Shown: positions 38,189 through 50,639, counted from the first letter of the whole stretch. The stretch is DNA of 63,601 bases, filler included, from Octopus bimaculoides (GCF_001194135.2; 5 parts of 5 records of this genome joined end to end with filler, not necessarily neighbours in it); one strand, 5' to 3'. Numbers and translations: made by a program. The notes: a model not told the origin generated them from the sequence alone.

Positions 38189-38788
38189 TTAGGTTGTTAA
38201 GAAAGTTCTTGCGGAATTTTAAATTTTGGTTTTAAATGATGTATTTTCAAATTAATTTCCGTGAAATTACTTTGACTTTATATATCATTTTAAAGCCTGT
38301 TTTTCGCTCTATCTAATCGTGTTACGCTTTTTCATTTTGAATAATCAGGTCATTTTTTCCAGACCATTGAATACATGGACAAAAAGCAAATTCGCACAAT
38401 TTTTTTATTCCTGTTCAAGCTAAACCGAAAAGCTGTTGAAACAGTTCACGATATCAACAATGCGTTTGACTCAGGAACCACTAATGAACGTACAGCACAA
38501 TTGTGGTTCAAGAAATTTCGTAGTGGTGACGAGAGCCTTGAAGATGATAAGCGTAGTGGTCGGCCATCGGATGTTGACAATGATCAACTAAGAGCCTTAG
38601 TTGAAGCCAATCCACGCACAACTGTTCGCGAGCTTGCTTCTGAATTAGACGTAACGTATACGAAAATTTCCAACCACTTGAAAGAGAATGGAAATACTTG
38701 AGAAATGGGTGCCACGAATTGAACTACAACAAAAAAAAAAACGCTGTTTTGAAGTGTCATCTTCCCTTCTTTTACGCAACAAGAACGT
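38189..38788 (+). mobile_element. Mariner transposon 5' part (HTH domain), rest in gap
   Basis: TA followed by TIR-like TTAGGTTGTTAAGAAAGTTC; ORF 38375-38701 MDKKQIRTIF..WFKKFRSGDESLEDDKRSGRP; frameshift before the WVP motif. Confidence 0.92.
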
Positions 38789-39899
38789 NNNNNNNNNNNN
38801 NNNNNNNNNNNNNNNNNNNNNNNNNNNNNNNNNNNNNNNNNNNNNNNNNNNNNNNNNNNNNNNNNNNNNNNNNNNNNNNNNNNNNNNNNNNNNNNNNNNN
38901 NNNNNNNNNNNNNNNNNNNNNNNNNNNNNNNNNNNNNNNNNNNNNNNNNNNNNNNNNNNNNNNNNNNNNNNNNNNNNNNNNNNNNNNNNNNNNNNNNNNN
39001 NNNNNNNNNNNNNNNNNNNNNNNNNNNNNNNNNNNNNNNNNNNNNNNNNNNNNNNNNNNNNNNNNNNNNNNNNNNNNNNNNNNNNNNNNNNNNNNNNNNN
39101 NNNNNNNNNNNNNNNNNNNNNNNNNNNNNNNNNNNNNNNNNNNNNNNNNNNNNNNNNNNNNNNNNNNNNNNNNNNNNNNNNNNNNNNNNNNNNNNNNNNN
39201 NNNNNNNNNNNNNNNNNNNNNNNNNNNNNNNNNNNNNNNNNNNNNNNNNNNNNNNNNNNNNNNNNNNNNNNNNNNNNNNNNNNNNNNNNNNNNNNNNNNN
39301 NNNNNNNNNNNNNNNNNNNNNNNNNNNNNNNNNNNNNNNNNNNNNNNNNNNNNNNNNNNNNNNNNNNNNNNNNNNNNNNNNNNNNNNNNNNNNNNNNNNN
39401 NNNNNNNNNNNNNNNNNNNNNNNNNNNNNNNNNNNNNNNNNNNNNNNNNNNNNNNNNNNNNNNNNNNNNNNNNNNNNNNNNNNNNNNNNNNNNNNNNNNN
39501 NNNNNNNNNNNNNNNNNNNNNNNNNNNNNNNNNNNNNNNNNNNNNNNNNNNNNNNNNNNNNNNNNNNNNNNNNNNNNNNNNNNNNNNNNNNNNNNNNNNN
39601 NNNNNNNNNNNNNNNNNNNNNNNNNNNNNNNNNNNNNNNNNNNNNNNNNNNNNNNNNNNNNNNNNNNNNNNNNNNNNNNNNNNNNNNNNNNNNNNNNNNN
39701 NNNNNNNNNNNNNNNNNNNNNNNNNNNNNNNNNNNNNNNNNNNNNNNNNNNNNNNNNNNNNNNNNNNNNAAAAGGATTTCTAACCGGCTTTCATTGCATG
39801 GCAAATTTTCAAGAAGGAGGAAAATGAAAATAATGTATTTTACAAAAAATTAATATTCACTTCACTTTTCAGTACTGCATTAACATATTTTTTTTACTG

Positions 39900-41400
39900 C
39901 TGTTGTTTAGCACGTGCTGCCTGAGTTATATCATATGGCATTCGAAGGCTGCCTGCATTGATCTCAGGCCTCTACCACCTTCATTTCTTCATTTCTTCAG
40001 TTGTTGTCAGGATTTTGCGGGTTTTGATATCTATGGAGTGGATTTCCTCTACAGATCAATCAAATATCCCAAATGTTGGGATCAGCACTGGTATGGAAGA
40101 TGCAATGTGGGATATTGCTTTGTTGTAACAGGAGAGTTCCAACTGCCATATTTTCCTAAGTCTTGTGTAATATTCTCGAGTCACTCGGTCTTTATTCACA
40201 GTGCCTTTTTTGTCTATGCCTAGGTACTTATAACATTCTTTGTGTGGAATGGGGGAGATAGAGAGACTGTTGATACACAGGTTTTGGGTTTGGGGGACTG
40301 ATTTTCCTTGTTCTATAACCAAATACGAACATTTCTTTTGGCCAAATTCCATGCCTATATCAGCTGAAAATGTTATTAATTCCAGTTGTTTTTTGGCATT
40401 GTTAACACTTTTAGCATAAATCTTCAGGTTGACTACAAAGAAATTGTGAGTTACATTGATATTTCTGGCAGCTGAAGATCCTAGCATGTAACCATTTGTT
40501 TTCTGCAGTAGGAACGATAATGGATTCTGTGCCAAAATGAAAAGAAGTACAGAAAGGCTATCTCCCTGGAATATTCCCTTTGAGATGCCTATACTATTAG
40601 AAACAATTATTCTGTTCTCAGTTGTAAGGGTAAGAATAGTTGTTCATGTCTTTGTGAGTCTCTCTATAGCAGCAATTAAGGTAGTAGGTACCTTTGTCAG
40701 ATGTAGACACTTCAACAGCCATGAATGAGGGATAGAGTCGAATACCTTCTTATAGTCAAGCCTTACTGTCACAAGGTTTCTGCGTCATTTTCTCACTTCA
40801 GACAGTACAGCTTTGTTTATTAAAAGTTGTTCGGCACATCCCCACACTTCCTTCTTTCCACCAGCCTGTTCATCAGTCACAATGTTGCTTGACTCACAAT
40901 GGTCCTGGAGGAATTGGTTGAGGCAATTTGAGTACAGTTTGTACATAATGTTTAGGCAAGCAATGGGCCTGTAGTTTCCTGCCATCTCAGTGATTCCATT
41001 TTTGGCAACAAGATTTGTCCTTGCTGTAGCAAGCCAATGTGGTATATCAGGTCTGACTTTCCATAGTCCCTTTGAACATACATATCAATTGGTTTCTATA
41101 AAATGTCAGCTTCTTGTACCAATATCCAACTATAAGGTCCCTTCCAGGTGCCTTCCCATTCTGCAGTTTGCCTACTGCTATACCAAAGGTTTCTGCATCA
41201 ATTTTGCATGTTTTACTGTTAGTGTTGGTACAATAATCTCTCTGAATTGTATTTTACTACGATGCATTCAGGTTGAAATCTCTCTTTTTGTTCCAAATTT
41301 TTGACCTGCATGATTGTAGATCTTCTTCGGAGGGAGCTTTCTTAATGGTAATATTTTCCTTCCTCATCTCTCCGTATAATGCTTGTGGGTTGGAAGCAAA
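39900..41400 (-). mobile_element. R4/Dong-clade reverse transcriptase region, pseudogenised
   Basis: GKAPGRDLIVGYWYKKL; NYRPIACLNIMYKL; EQAGGKK..GCAEQLLI; LDYKKVFDSIPHSWL; KGIFQGDSLS; decayed FVxxLKIYAK; DIGMEFGQKKC; YKYLGI; GGRGL. Confidence 0.9.
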
Positions 41401-41483
41401 CTTGCAATTGATACTGGCTAACTCAAAAATTCACTCGTAATAGCAGAGTTTCTTGCTCATCATCCCGAGTTCATGTTTTCTAC

Positions 41484-41598
<115 letters not shown>

Positions 41599-41620
41599 GG
41601 TGCATATGTACGTATGTACA

Positions 41621-41654
<34 letters not shown>

Positions 41655-41687
41655 CATTCATTCATACATACATACATACATACATAC

Positions 41688-41935
41688 ACACGTGTGATGA
41701 ACCCACATTCTAGCAGATTAATGTCTGTCTATATTCTCTGGTTACTGCTGCAAAGCAGTACGTATGTATGTATGTATGTATGTATGTATATATGTATGCA
41801 TGCATACATGCATGCATATATGTATGTATGTATGTATGCACGTACGTACGTACTTACTTAGGTGCTGCTTTGCAGTAGTAGCCAGATCATATAGACAGAC
41901 ATTAATCTGCTAGAATGTGGGTTCATCACACATGT
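41688..41935. repeat. Foldback element with about 70-bp inverted arms around a (TATG)n spacer
   Basis: 41693-41760 is the reverse complement of 41863-41930 with about 6 mismatches. Confidence 0.85.
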
Positions 41936-41938
41936 ATG

Positions 41939-41972
<34 letters not shown>

Positions 41973-43302
41973 CGTACGTATGGATGGATGCATGCATCTG
42001 ATAATCGTATTCATTGTCTTCTTTTCAATATGTTTAAACTTTGTTCTTTTTTATTAACAATAACCATTACAAGCATGTTTCCCTCGATTTACCTTATTTC
42101 TATTCGCACAGTTACTCATGGACATAATCTACCTGTATAAACCGAGGGACGTTTATAAAGACTGAACCTACTGCTAAGAATTTCATGGTAAAATAATATT
42201 AGAGATCAATCCATTTGATACAGAAAAAATCAGTAACAAGTCCGCTATACTTAACAGTGGTTAAACTGATTTATTTTTACATTACATTGTACCAAGTTGG
42301 CAAAGGAGTGAGGGGAGAGTTTAGTTGATTTAATGAATGTCTTAAGCCATGTCTGTCTCTTACCTGACAGAGACTGACTGACGACATTGACATCCGTGTG
42401 ACAGCAAAGTGACGAGTGACCCAATTCTGAATAAGAAGTTCAAACGGACAGACTAACGTTACAAAACACTGCGCAAGACATGCAAAAGCTTTTGTTTCTA
42501 TCATGAAGATTTTTTCAGTGATTTGTTTGGAAGAATAGCTTCTGAGTCTAGTCGTTTTCCTCTCAACAGCTGGGGTCGACAAAATAGTCAATGCTGAACT
42601 CTGGGGCATCTATGTGACTATCCAAGTGGTTGACAAACACCTGAAACAATTTTGAGCATTTAAGGTACTTAATTATTATCAAACTGTGATCTTTTTGGTT
42701 TGACGGGCAACATTTTTCATTAATGTTTTATGTAGTGTTTTTTGGTACCGAAACACTTTCAAACTTCGTATACTTGTATATTTTGTATTATAGAACAGAT
42801 AAAAAATTTTGTATTCGAAGTTATTTCATGTATAAAGTTGTCGTCGTCTATTGAAGATCCTCAAACTGTATCTAGAACGCTGTAATTAAGGCTTAAACTT
42901 ATTAATTTCCAGCCAATTATATTCGCCAAACACATATTTCACATTAAATATTCGATTATATAAATATAATATGACTGAATTTTATTAGTTTCATCAAATT
43001 CGTTAGGTATTTTCATTTAAATGTCTTTAAACATTTCCAATAGAAAAACAGTAATGACACAAAAGAGCGAAGGAATTATTGTTTTTAAATCAAGAAAATT
43101 TATGTTATTTATACATTTTCATTTTATTTTAGTAATTTACATTATGGGGGTCGATAAGTTATCAATGATTCTATGAAAGAAGTCAATGATATAAGTTTGC
43201 TAACCTTGCACTGCAGCAATACGTTCCAGGATCAGGAAACGTCGCTGAACAGTGACATGCTTACACACAGGAAAACACGGAAGCTTATGCATGGGTACAC
43301 AC

Positions 43303-43341
<39 letters not shown>

Positions 43342-43479
43342 CTTTCTCACACACACAGTCTCTCTCTCTCTCGCTCTCTCTCTCTCCCTCACGTATATAG
43401 ACAGTATCATATGCACATGCACGGACGCATGAGCACACACATGCACTTAATCTACATAAAGACGTTGAATATCACACAA

Positions 43480-43887
43480 GAGTGGCTGTGTGGTAAGTAG
43501 CTTGCTTACCAACCACATGGTCCCGGGTTCAGTCCCACTGCGTGGCATCTTGGGCAAGTGCCTTCTACTATAGCCTCGGGCCGACCAATGCCTTGTGAGT
43601 GGATTTGGTAGACGGAAACTGAAAGAAGCCCGTCGTATATGTGTATATATATGTGTATGTGTGTGTGTGTGTTTGTATGTCTGTGTTTGTCCCCCCAACA
43701 TCGCTTGACAACCGATGCTGGTGTGTTTATGTCCCCGTAACTTAGTGGTTCGGCAAAAGAGACCGATAGAATAAGTACTAGGCTTCCAAAGAATAAGTCC
43801 TGGGGTCGATTTCTTCGACTAAAGGCGGTGCTCCAGCATGGCCGCAGTCAAAAGACTGAAACAAGTAAAAGTGTAAAAGTGTAAAAA
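43480..43887 (+). mobile_element. Family B SINE, full length reference copy
   Basis: A box TGGCTGTGTGG, B box GGTTCAGTCCC, CORE-like CATCTTGGGCAAGTGCCTT, internal (TA/TG) tract, tail GACTGAAACAAGTAAAAG. Confidence 0.95.
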
Positions 43888-45014
43888 ACACTCACACATG
43901 CAGGCACAAACAAACACTCAAATTCAGATGAAATATAGATACACGACGCATACACACTCACTCACACATCAATACACGCACAGAGAAACGTACACATATA
44001 CTCAGGTAAAACAATAAATCTTGTTTGTGACTTGAAGACAGACGTGGACCAGATTTGGGCATACCGTTGATGAAGTCGCTAATGACGACGGAAGGACTCT
44101 GACTAACCAATTTGATCAATTGATTGACTAAACAACCTGTTAATTAAAGGGTTAATTAGCTAACCGGTTGACTAATATTAAAAGCTGAAGTGAAATATAA
44201 CCAGTGTGTGTGTATCGTTATTTGCAAAGACGCACCCAAGGTACAAAAACAACAAAAGTAAATCACCGAGGTTGATAACTGTGTACGTGTGTGAGTGTGT
44301 GTTTGTGTGTGTTGGTGTGTATGTTTGTGTGTGTGTGTGTGTGTGTGTTTCAGTTTATCTATGTATCCGAGTAAAACGTAATAGTTCAGTTTCTGACTTC
44401 AAATAAATTCACCACTGTAATTTATTTATTTATTTATTTATTTATTTATTAGTTATTTAGTTATGCTTAAAAGGACAAACCTTGTCCAGAGTTGTCTCCT
44501 CTTATTAACTGCGAACATCACGCTAATATGTTTTAAGTGTCAATGACATTGGCTTTCCTCACCGCAAATGTATTTCTCATTAGGTTTTAGTCTAGTCACT
44601 ACATCAGGTATCATATTACTAACCTATCTTTAACACATTTACTGTGGAGCCATGGGACTGTTACCATTTCAATTCCTACTCTTAATAGAGACTCTATTAA
44701 TTAAAATTTAAAAACACACACATTATTTAAAAAAATAAAACGCGTTCCTCATGCATCATGGTTAAAATTGTCTCAGGATAATGAATTCCAAATTTAAGCA
44801 ACGTAATACTCGTAAACACTTACCTTCCCCTTCCTCTCTCTAACATTTACTTTTTTTTCTCTACGCGCACGTGCACTCGCTCACACATACGCACATACGT
44901 CTGTATATATGTGTATCTTAACGAACAGAAGAAATGGAACTCAAGACACGACGTTGAGCAAATAGGCGCGCTCGCACTTACACATCACACATATGCATCA
45001 TATAATACATACAT

Positions 45015-45504
45015 CCCATAAGTTCTGTCCGATTTTACCTTTTTTTAAAGTTGAATGAAATTTAATAGTATTTTAGAATGTCTAATGGAATTAAAAATTA
45101 TTTTTAGTCAAGGCTATTTAAGTATTTTATCTGATCAAATTCATCCTATGGTTGCGGAACTGTTTCCAGAGGGAAACGCAATCTTTCAGGATGATAACGC
45201 ACCAGTTCACACAGCTAAAGTTGTTACTGTATGGAACGAGGAACATTCTAGTGAAGTTGAACATCTTATCTGGCCACCACAATCCCCAGACTTTTGTGTA
45301 CATTTAAACTAATCAAATATTATATTACAGAATAATAGAATTAAAATTTCTTTGATTAAAACCCTTTCTAAAATGGAGGTATCCAAAGAGCATTTGAGGC
45401 ACATAATGCTTTATGAGTACAAAAAAGGAAACTCTGCAGCCGAAGCAACTCGAAACATACACTCAGTTTGTGGAAAAGATTGCTTGAATGAAAGAACTTG
45501 CAGA
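45015..45504 (+). mobile_element. Mariner transposon 5' part
   Basis: TIR-like CCCATAAGTTCTGTCCG; ATG at 45373 MEVSKEHLRHIMLYEYKKGNSAAEATRNIHSVCG..LNERTCR, then gap. Confidence 0.85.
45105..45290 (+). mobile_element. Tc1-type transposase fragment inside the mariner 5' UTR
   Basis: About 95% identical to 46154-46340; encodes SQGYLSILSDQIHP..FQDDNAPVHTAK..WPPQSPD. Confidence 0.9.
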
Positions 45505-46110
45505 NNNNNNNNNNNNNNNNNNNNNNNNNNNNNNNNNNNNNNNNNNNNNNNNNNNNNNNNNNNNNNNNNNNNNNNNNNNNNNNNNNNNNNNNNNNNNNNN
45601 NNNNNNNNNNNNNNNNNNNNNNNNNNNNNNNNNNNNNNNNNNNNNNNNNNNNNNNNNNNNNNNNNNNNNNNNNNNNNNNNNNNNNNNNNNNNNNNNNNNN
45701 NNNNNNNNNNNNNNNNNNNNNNNNNNNNNNNNNNNNNNNNNNNNNNNNNNNNNNNNNNNNNNNNNNNNNNNNNNNNNNNNNNNNNNNNNNNNNNNNNNNN
45801 NNNNNNNNNNNNNNNNNNNNNNNNNNNNNNNNNNNNNNNNNNNNNNNNNNNNNNNNNNNNNNNNNNNNNNNNNNNNNNNNNNNNNNNNNNNNNNNNNNNN
45901 NNNNNNNNNNNNNNNNNNNNNNNNNNNNNNNNNNNNNNNNNNNNNNNNNNNNNNNNNNNNNNNNNNNNNNNNNNNNNNNNNNNNNNNNNNNNNNNNNNNN
46001 NNNNNNNNNNNNNNNNNNNNNNNNNNNNNNNNNNNNNNNNNNNNNNNNNNNNNNNNNNNNNNNNNNNNNNNNNNNNNNNNNNNNNNNNNNNNNNNNNNNN
46101 NNNNNNNNNN

Positions 46111-46600
46111 GAAAATTCGCCGGACCAATGGTTTCCCTTCATGGCAGAATTAATAGTCAAGGCTATTTAAGCATTTTTATCTGATCAAATTCATCCTATG
46201 GTTGCGGAACTGTTTCCAGAGGGAAACGCAATCTTTCAGGATGATAATGCACCAATTCACACAGCTAAAGTTGTTACTGAATGGCACGAGGAACATTCTA
46301 GTGAAGTTGAACATCTTATCTGGCGACCACAGTCCCCAGATCTCAATATTATTGAACATTTATGGCGTATTTTAGAAAAACAAGTAAGGAGTCGATATCC
46401 TCCACCATCATCATTACAAGAACTGGAGACTGCCTTAGCTGAAGAATGGACAAAAATTCCTTTGGAAACTATTGAAACTCTGTACGAGTCTATAGCTCGT
46501 AGATTTCAAGCTGTAATTACTGCCAAATGGAGTCCTACCACATATCAGAATAAATTTGCTTGAAATTTTAAGGTGTTTCCATTATTTTGTCCAACCCCTG
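46111..46600 (+). mobile_element. Tc1-superfamily transposon 3' half with D36E spacing
   Basis: ORF 46198-46563 FQDDNAPIH..SPDLNIIEHLW; right TIR GGTGTTTCCATTATTTTGTCCAACCCCTG followed by TA. Confidence 0.92.
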
Positions 46601-46668
<68 letters not shown>

Positions 46669-47642
46669 AACATCATTATTTCTAAGTCTTACAAAGAGAG
46701 ATATTCAGTAGCAGTACNNNNNNNNNNNNNNNNNNNNNNNNNNNNNNNNNNNNNNNNNNNNNNNNNNNNNNNNNNNNNNNNNNNNNNNNNNNNNNNNNNN
46801 NNNNNNNNNNNNNNNNNNNNNNNNNNNNNNNNNNNNNNNNNNNNNNNNNNNNNNNNNNNNNNNNNNNNNNNNNNNNNNNNNNNNNNNNNNNNNNNNNNNN
46901 NNNNNNNNNNNNNNNNNNNNNNNNNNNNNNNNNNNNNNNNNNNNNNNNNNNNNNNNNNNNNNNNNNNNNNNNNNNNNNNNNNNNNNNNNNNNNNNNNNNN
47001 NNNNNNNNNNNNNNNNNNNNNNNNNNNNNNNNNNNNNNNNNNNNNNNNNNNNNNNNNNNNNNNNNNNNNNNNNNNNNNNNNNNNNNNNNNNNNNNNNNNN
47101 NNNNNNNNNNNNNNNNNNNNNNNNNNNNNNNNNNNNNNNNNNNNNNNNNNNNNNNNNNNNNNNNNNNNNNNNNNNNNNNNNNNNNNNNNNNNNNNNNNNN
47201 NNNNNNNNNNNNNNNNNNNNNNNNNNNNNNNNNNNNNNNNNNNNNNNNNNNNNNNNNNNNNNNNNNNNNNNNNNNNNNNNNNNNNNNNNNNNNNNNNNNN
47301 NNNNNNNNNNNNNNNNNNNNNNNNNNNNNNNNNNNNNNNNNNNNNNNNNNNNNNNNNNNNNNNNNNNNNNNNNNNNNNNNNNNNNNNNNNNNNNNNNNNN
47401 NNNNNNNNNNNNNNNNNNNNNNNNNNNNNNNNNNNNNNNNNNNNNNNNNNNNNNNNNNNNNNNNNNNNNNNNNNNNNNNNNNNNNNNNNNNNNNNNNNNN
47501 NNNNNNNNNNNNNNNNNNNNNNNNNNNNNNNNNNNNNNNNNNNNNNNNNNNNNNNNNNNNNNNNNNNNNNNNNNNNNNNNNNNNNNNNNNNNNNNNNNNN
47601 NNNNNNNNNNNNNNNNNNNNNNNNNNNNNNNNNNNNNNNNNN

Positions 47643-47695
<53 letters not shown>

Positions 47696-47725
47696 ATACA
47701 TATAAACATGCACACACACACATAT

Positions 47726-48071
47726 AATCAAAATAAGCAACAGGATATCCAGAAGTAATGCAGTATGATAGTTTCAAGCGACTCCATTTAATTGAACAAT
47801 GCAACAACCATTACATCATTTTAAATGGAGAGCAATCCTCAGCTGCATAAATACATAGAATAAAATTAAATTAAACCAGATGGATACAGGTTTTAGGTAA
47901 AATTATACTAACGTGTCCATCTGTTTTAATTTAATTTAATTCTATGTATTTATGCAGCTGAGGAGAGCTCTGCATTTAAATTGATGCAATGGTTGCATTG
48001 CTCAATTAAATGGAGTCGCTTGAAACGATCGTATTGCATTACCTCTGGATATCCTGTTGCTTATTTTGATT
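47726..48071. repeat. Long foldback element/MITE, about 160-bp inverted arms and 25-bp spacer
   Basis: 47726-47887 pairs with 47913-48071 (e.g. AATCAAAATAAGCAACAGGATATCCAGA / TCTGGATATCCTGTTGCTTATTTTGATT). Confidence 0.9.
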
Positions 48072-48894
48072 TTAATCACCTTATTTTGAAACTGTGCAAA
48101 CCCATCCTTCATTCTCCAGAAGTGCCCTGTTGATGTTACACATTTCAAATCCTGTGCAACGCAGCATGGCCCGGTTGCGTGTCTGCCTGCTATGTCATCC
48201 ATGTCTGAACTATATAATGCAAAATATTCATACAAAAAAAAAAAAAAATTGCGACTCACAGCCATTTTAGTTTGACCGCGCGACCACTTCCAGAAGCTAC
48301 ACTCGCCACCGGCAATTAGTACCCCCTTGTGTTCCCCCCCCCCNNNNNNNNNNNNNNNNNNNNNNNNNNNNNNNNNNNNNNNNNNNNNNNNNNNNNNNNN
48401 NNNNNNNNNNNNNNNNNNNNNNNNNNNNNNNNNNNNNNNNNNNNNNNNNNNNNNNNNNNNNNNNNNNNNNNNNNNNNNNNNNNNNNNNNNNNNNNNNNNN
48501 NNNNNNNNNNNNNNNNNNNNNNNNNNNNNNNNNNNNNNNNNNNNNNNNNNNNNNNNNNNNNNNNNNNNNNNNNNNNNNNNNNNNNNNNNNNNNNNNNNNN
48601 NNNNNNNNNNNNNNNNNNNNNNNNNNNNNNNNNNNNNNNNNNNNNNNNNNNNNNNNNNNNNNNNNNNNNNNNNNNNNNNNNNNNNNNNNNNNNNNNNNNN
48701 NNNNNNNNNNNNNNNNNNNNNNNNNNNNNNNNNNNNNNNNNNNNNNNNNNNNNNNNNNNNNNNNNNNNNNNNNNNNNNNNNNNNNNNNNNNNNNNNNNNN
48801 NNNNNNNNNNNNNNNNNNNNNNNNNNNNNNNNNNNNNNNNNNNNNNNNNNNNNNNNNNNNNNNNNNNNNNNNNNNNNNNNNNNNNNNNNNNNNN

Positions 48895-49107
48895 CCTGTT
48901 TCTGTTGTACCTGTAATTCAATAGGTCAGCCTTGTCACACTGTGTCACGCCGAATATCCCCGAGAACTACGTTAAGGGTACACATGTCTGTGGAGTGCTC
49001 AGCCACTTGCACGTTAATTTCACGAGCAGGCTGTTCCGTTGATCGGATCAACTGGAACCCTCGACGTCGTAAGCGACGGAGTGCCAACAACAACAACAAC
49101 AACAACA
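48895..49107 (+). mobile_element. Family A SINE 3' half, 5' part in gap
   Basis: Matches 27280-27478; (CAA)n tail. Confidence 0.92.
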
Positions 49108-49335
49108 TTCAGTTAGCAGTGCAGGAGCTAACTACTGAAATGCTTCAAAATATGTGTTTCGCAGCGCTAAGGAGAGATTTGAAGTATGCAGGGATACAGA
49201 CATGTTGAAAATTTTCAATAAAAGTTTGACGTAAGATTTATAAATCTGTTTTGGTTATAAATATAAAATTCTGTCAGTTTTTTCAAAAATTTGCTCAATT
49301 TGATTGAAACACATAGTTAATTCTGGAACACCCTG
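49108..49335 (+). mobile_element. 3' end of a Tc1/mariner-superfamily element
   Basis: IQLAVQELTTEMLQNMC resembles a transposase C-terminus; ends TTCTGGAACACCCTG followed by TA. Confidence 0.5.
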
Positions 49336-49472
49336 TACGGCGTAGCGTTTTTAGTTGTTGCGTTGCTAGAGTAACTATTAAAATCAAAGGTCTTCTCGCT
49401 GTAAACATCCCATCTTTTTGTCAAGAATATTGTAAAAGGACTATATTATCCAAAATGTATCTCTTCTTTATA

Positions 49473-49592
49473 GACGTGGCTATGTGGTTGAGAAGCTTGC
49501 TTTCCAACCATGCCACTTTGGCTTCAGTCCCACTGTGCGGCACGTTGGGCAATTCTATTTCATTAAAGCTCCGTGCCGACCAAAGCCTTGTG
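49473..49592 (+). mobile_element. Family B SINE head fragment
   Basis: GTGGCTATGTGGTTGAGAAGCTTGC..TTCAGTCCCACTGTGCGGCACGTTGGGCAA..CCGACCAAAGCCTTGTG. Confidence 0.75.
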
Positions 49593-49640
49593 TATTATAT
49601 AATTACCATTACTATATCTTATCTATAAAAGGCAGATTTT

Positions 49641-49695
<55 letters not shown>

Positions 49696-50639
49696 AAATT
49701 CATACATTTACACAATTCCAAATTTCTTGGATTAAAGAATCGCAATTAATATTCTAAATACAATTTGTTAGGTCACTGCGTCATTTTTTCACTCAAAGAA
49801 ATTCCTAATAACGAATAAAATCCATAAAACTACACGAGTAAATATNNNNNNNNNNNNNNNNNNNNNNNNNNNNNNNNNNNNNNNNNNNNNNNNNNNNNNN
49901 NNNNNNNNNNNNNNNNNNNNNNNNNNNNNNNNNNNNNNNNNNNNNNNNNNNNNNNNNNNNNNNNNNNNNNNNNNNNNNNNNNNNNNNNNNNNNNNNNNNN
50001 NNNNNNNNNNNNNNNNNNNNNNNNNNNNNNNNNNNNNNNNNNNNNNNNNNNNNNNNNNNNNNNNNNNNNNNNNNNNNNNNNNNNNNNNNNNNNNNNNNNN
50101 NNNNNNNNNNNNNNNNNNNNNNNNNNNNNNNNNNNNNNNNNNNNNNNNNNNNNNNNNNNNNNNNNNNNNNNNNNNNNNNNNNNNNNNNNNNNNNNNNNNN
50201 NNNNNNNNNNNNNNNNNNNNNNNNNNNNNNNNNNNNNNNNNNNNNNNNNNNNNNNNNNNNNNNNNNNNNNNNNNNATATATACATTACATACATACATAC
50301 ATACAAGTATATGGGTATAAACTATCCAGGCGTGTACCGTGCAAGCACTGAGGTATAGTCCGTGTTCAAACTAATAGCAACGAATATCAAGGAGAACCTA
50401 GGATTAATTAGGGTGAGTAATCCCCTGTAATTCATCCGATGGTTAATTCCTGGGTTCACTCCACTGGATTATGGATATTTTCGGGAGTGTAAATCCAGAA
50501 CAATTACGATGAATAAGGGGATTGGCACATCTGTACATTGTTAATTTTAATTCTTATTTTTACAGTTACTTATACCGCACAAATGGTTTAGTTTTTGGTG
50601 GTTCGTGTCGCGCTTCCCCCATGATCGTTTGCGCTTCAC

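Noticed and set aside
42600-43160. AT-rich segment that may be a DNA-transposon derivative
   Set aside because: No TIR pair, TSD or second copy could be established in this window.
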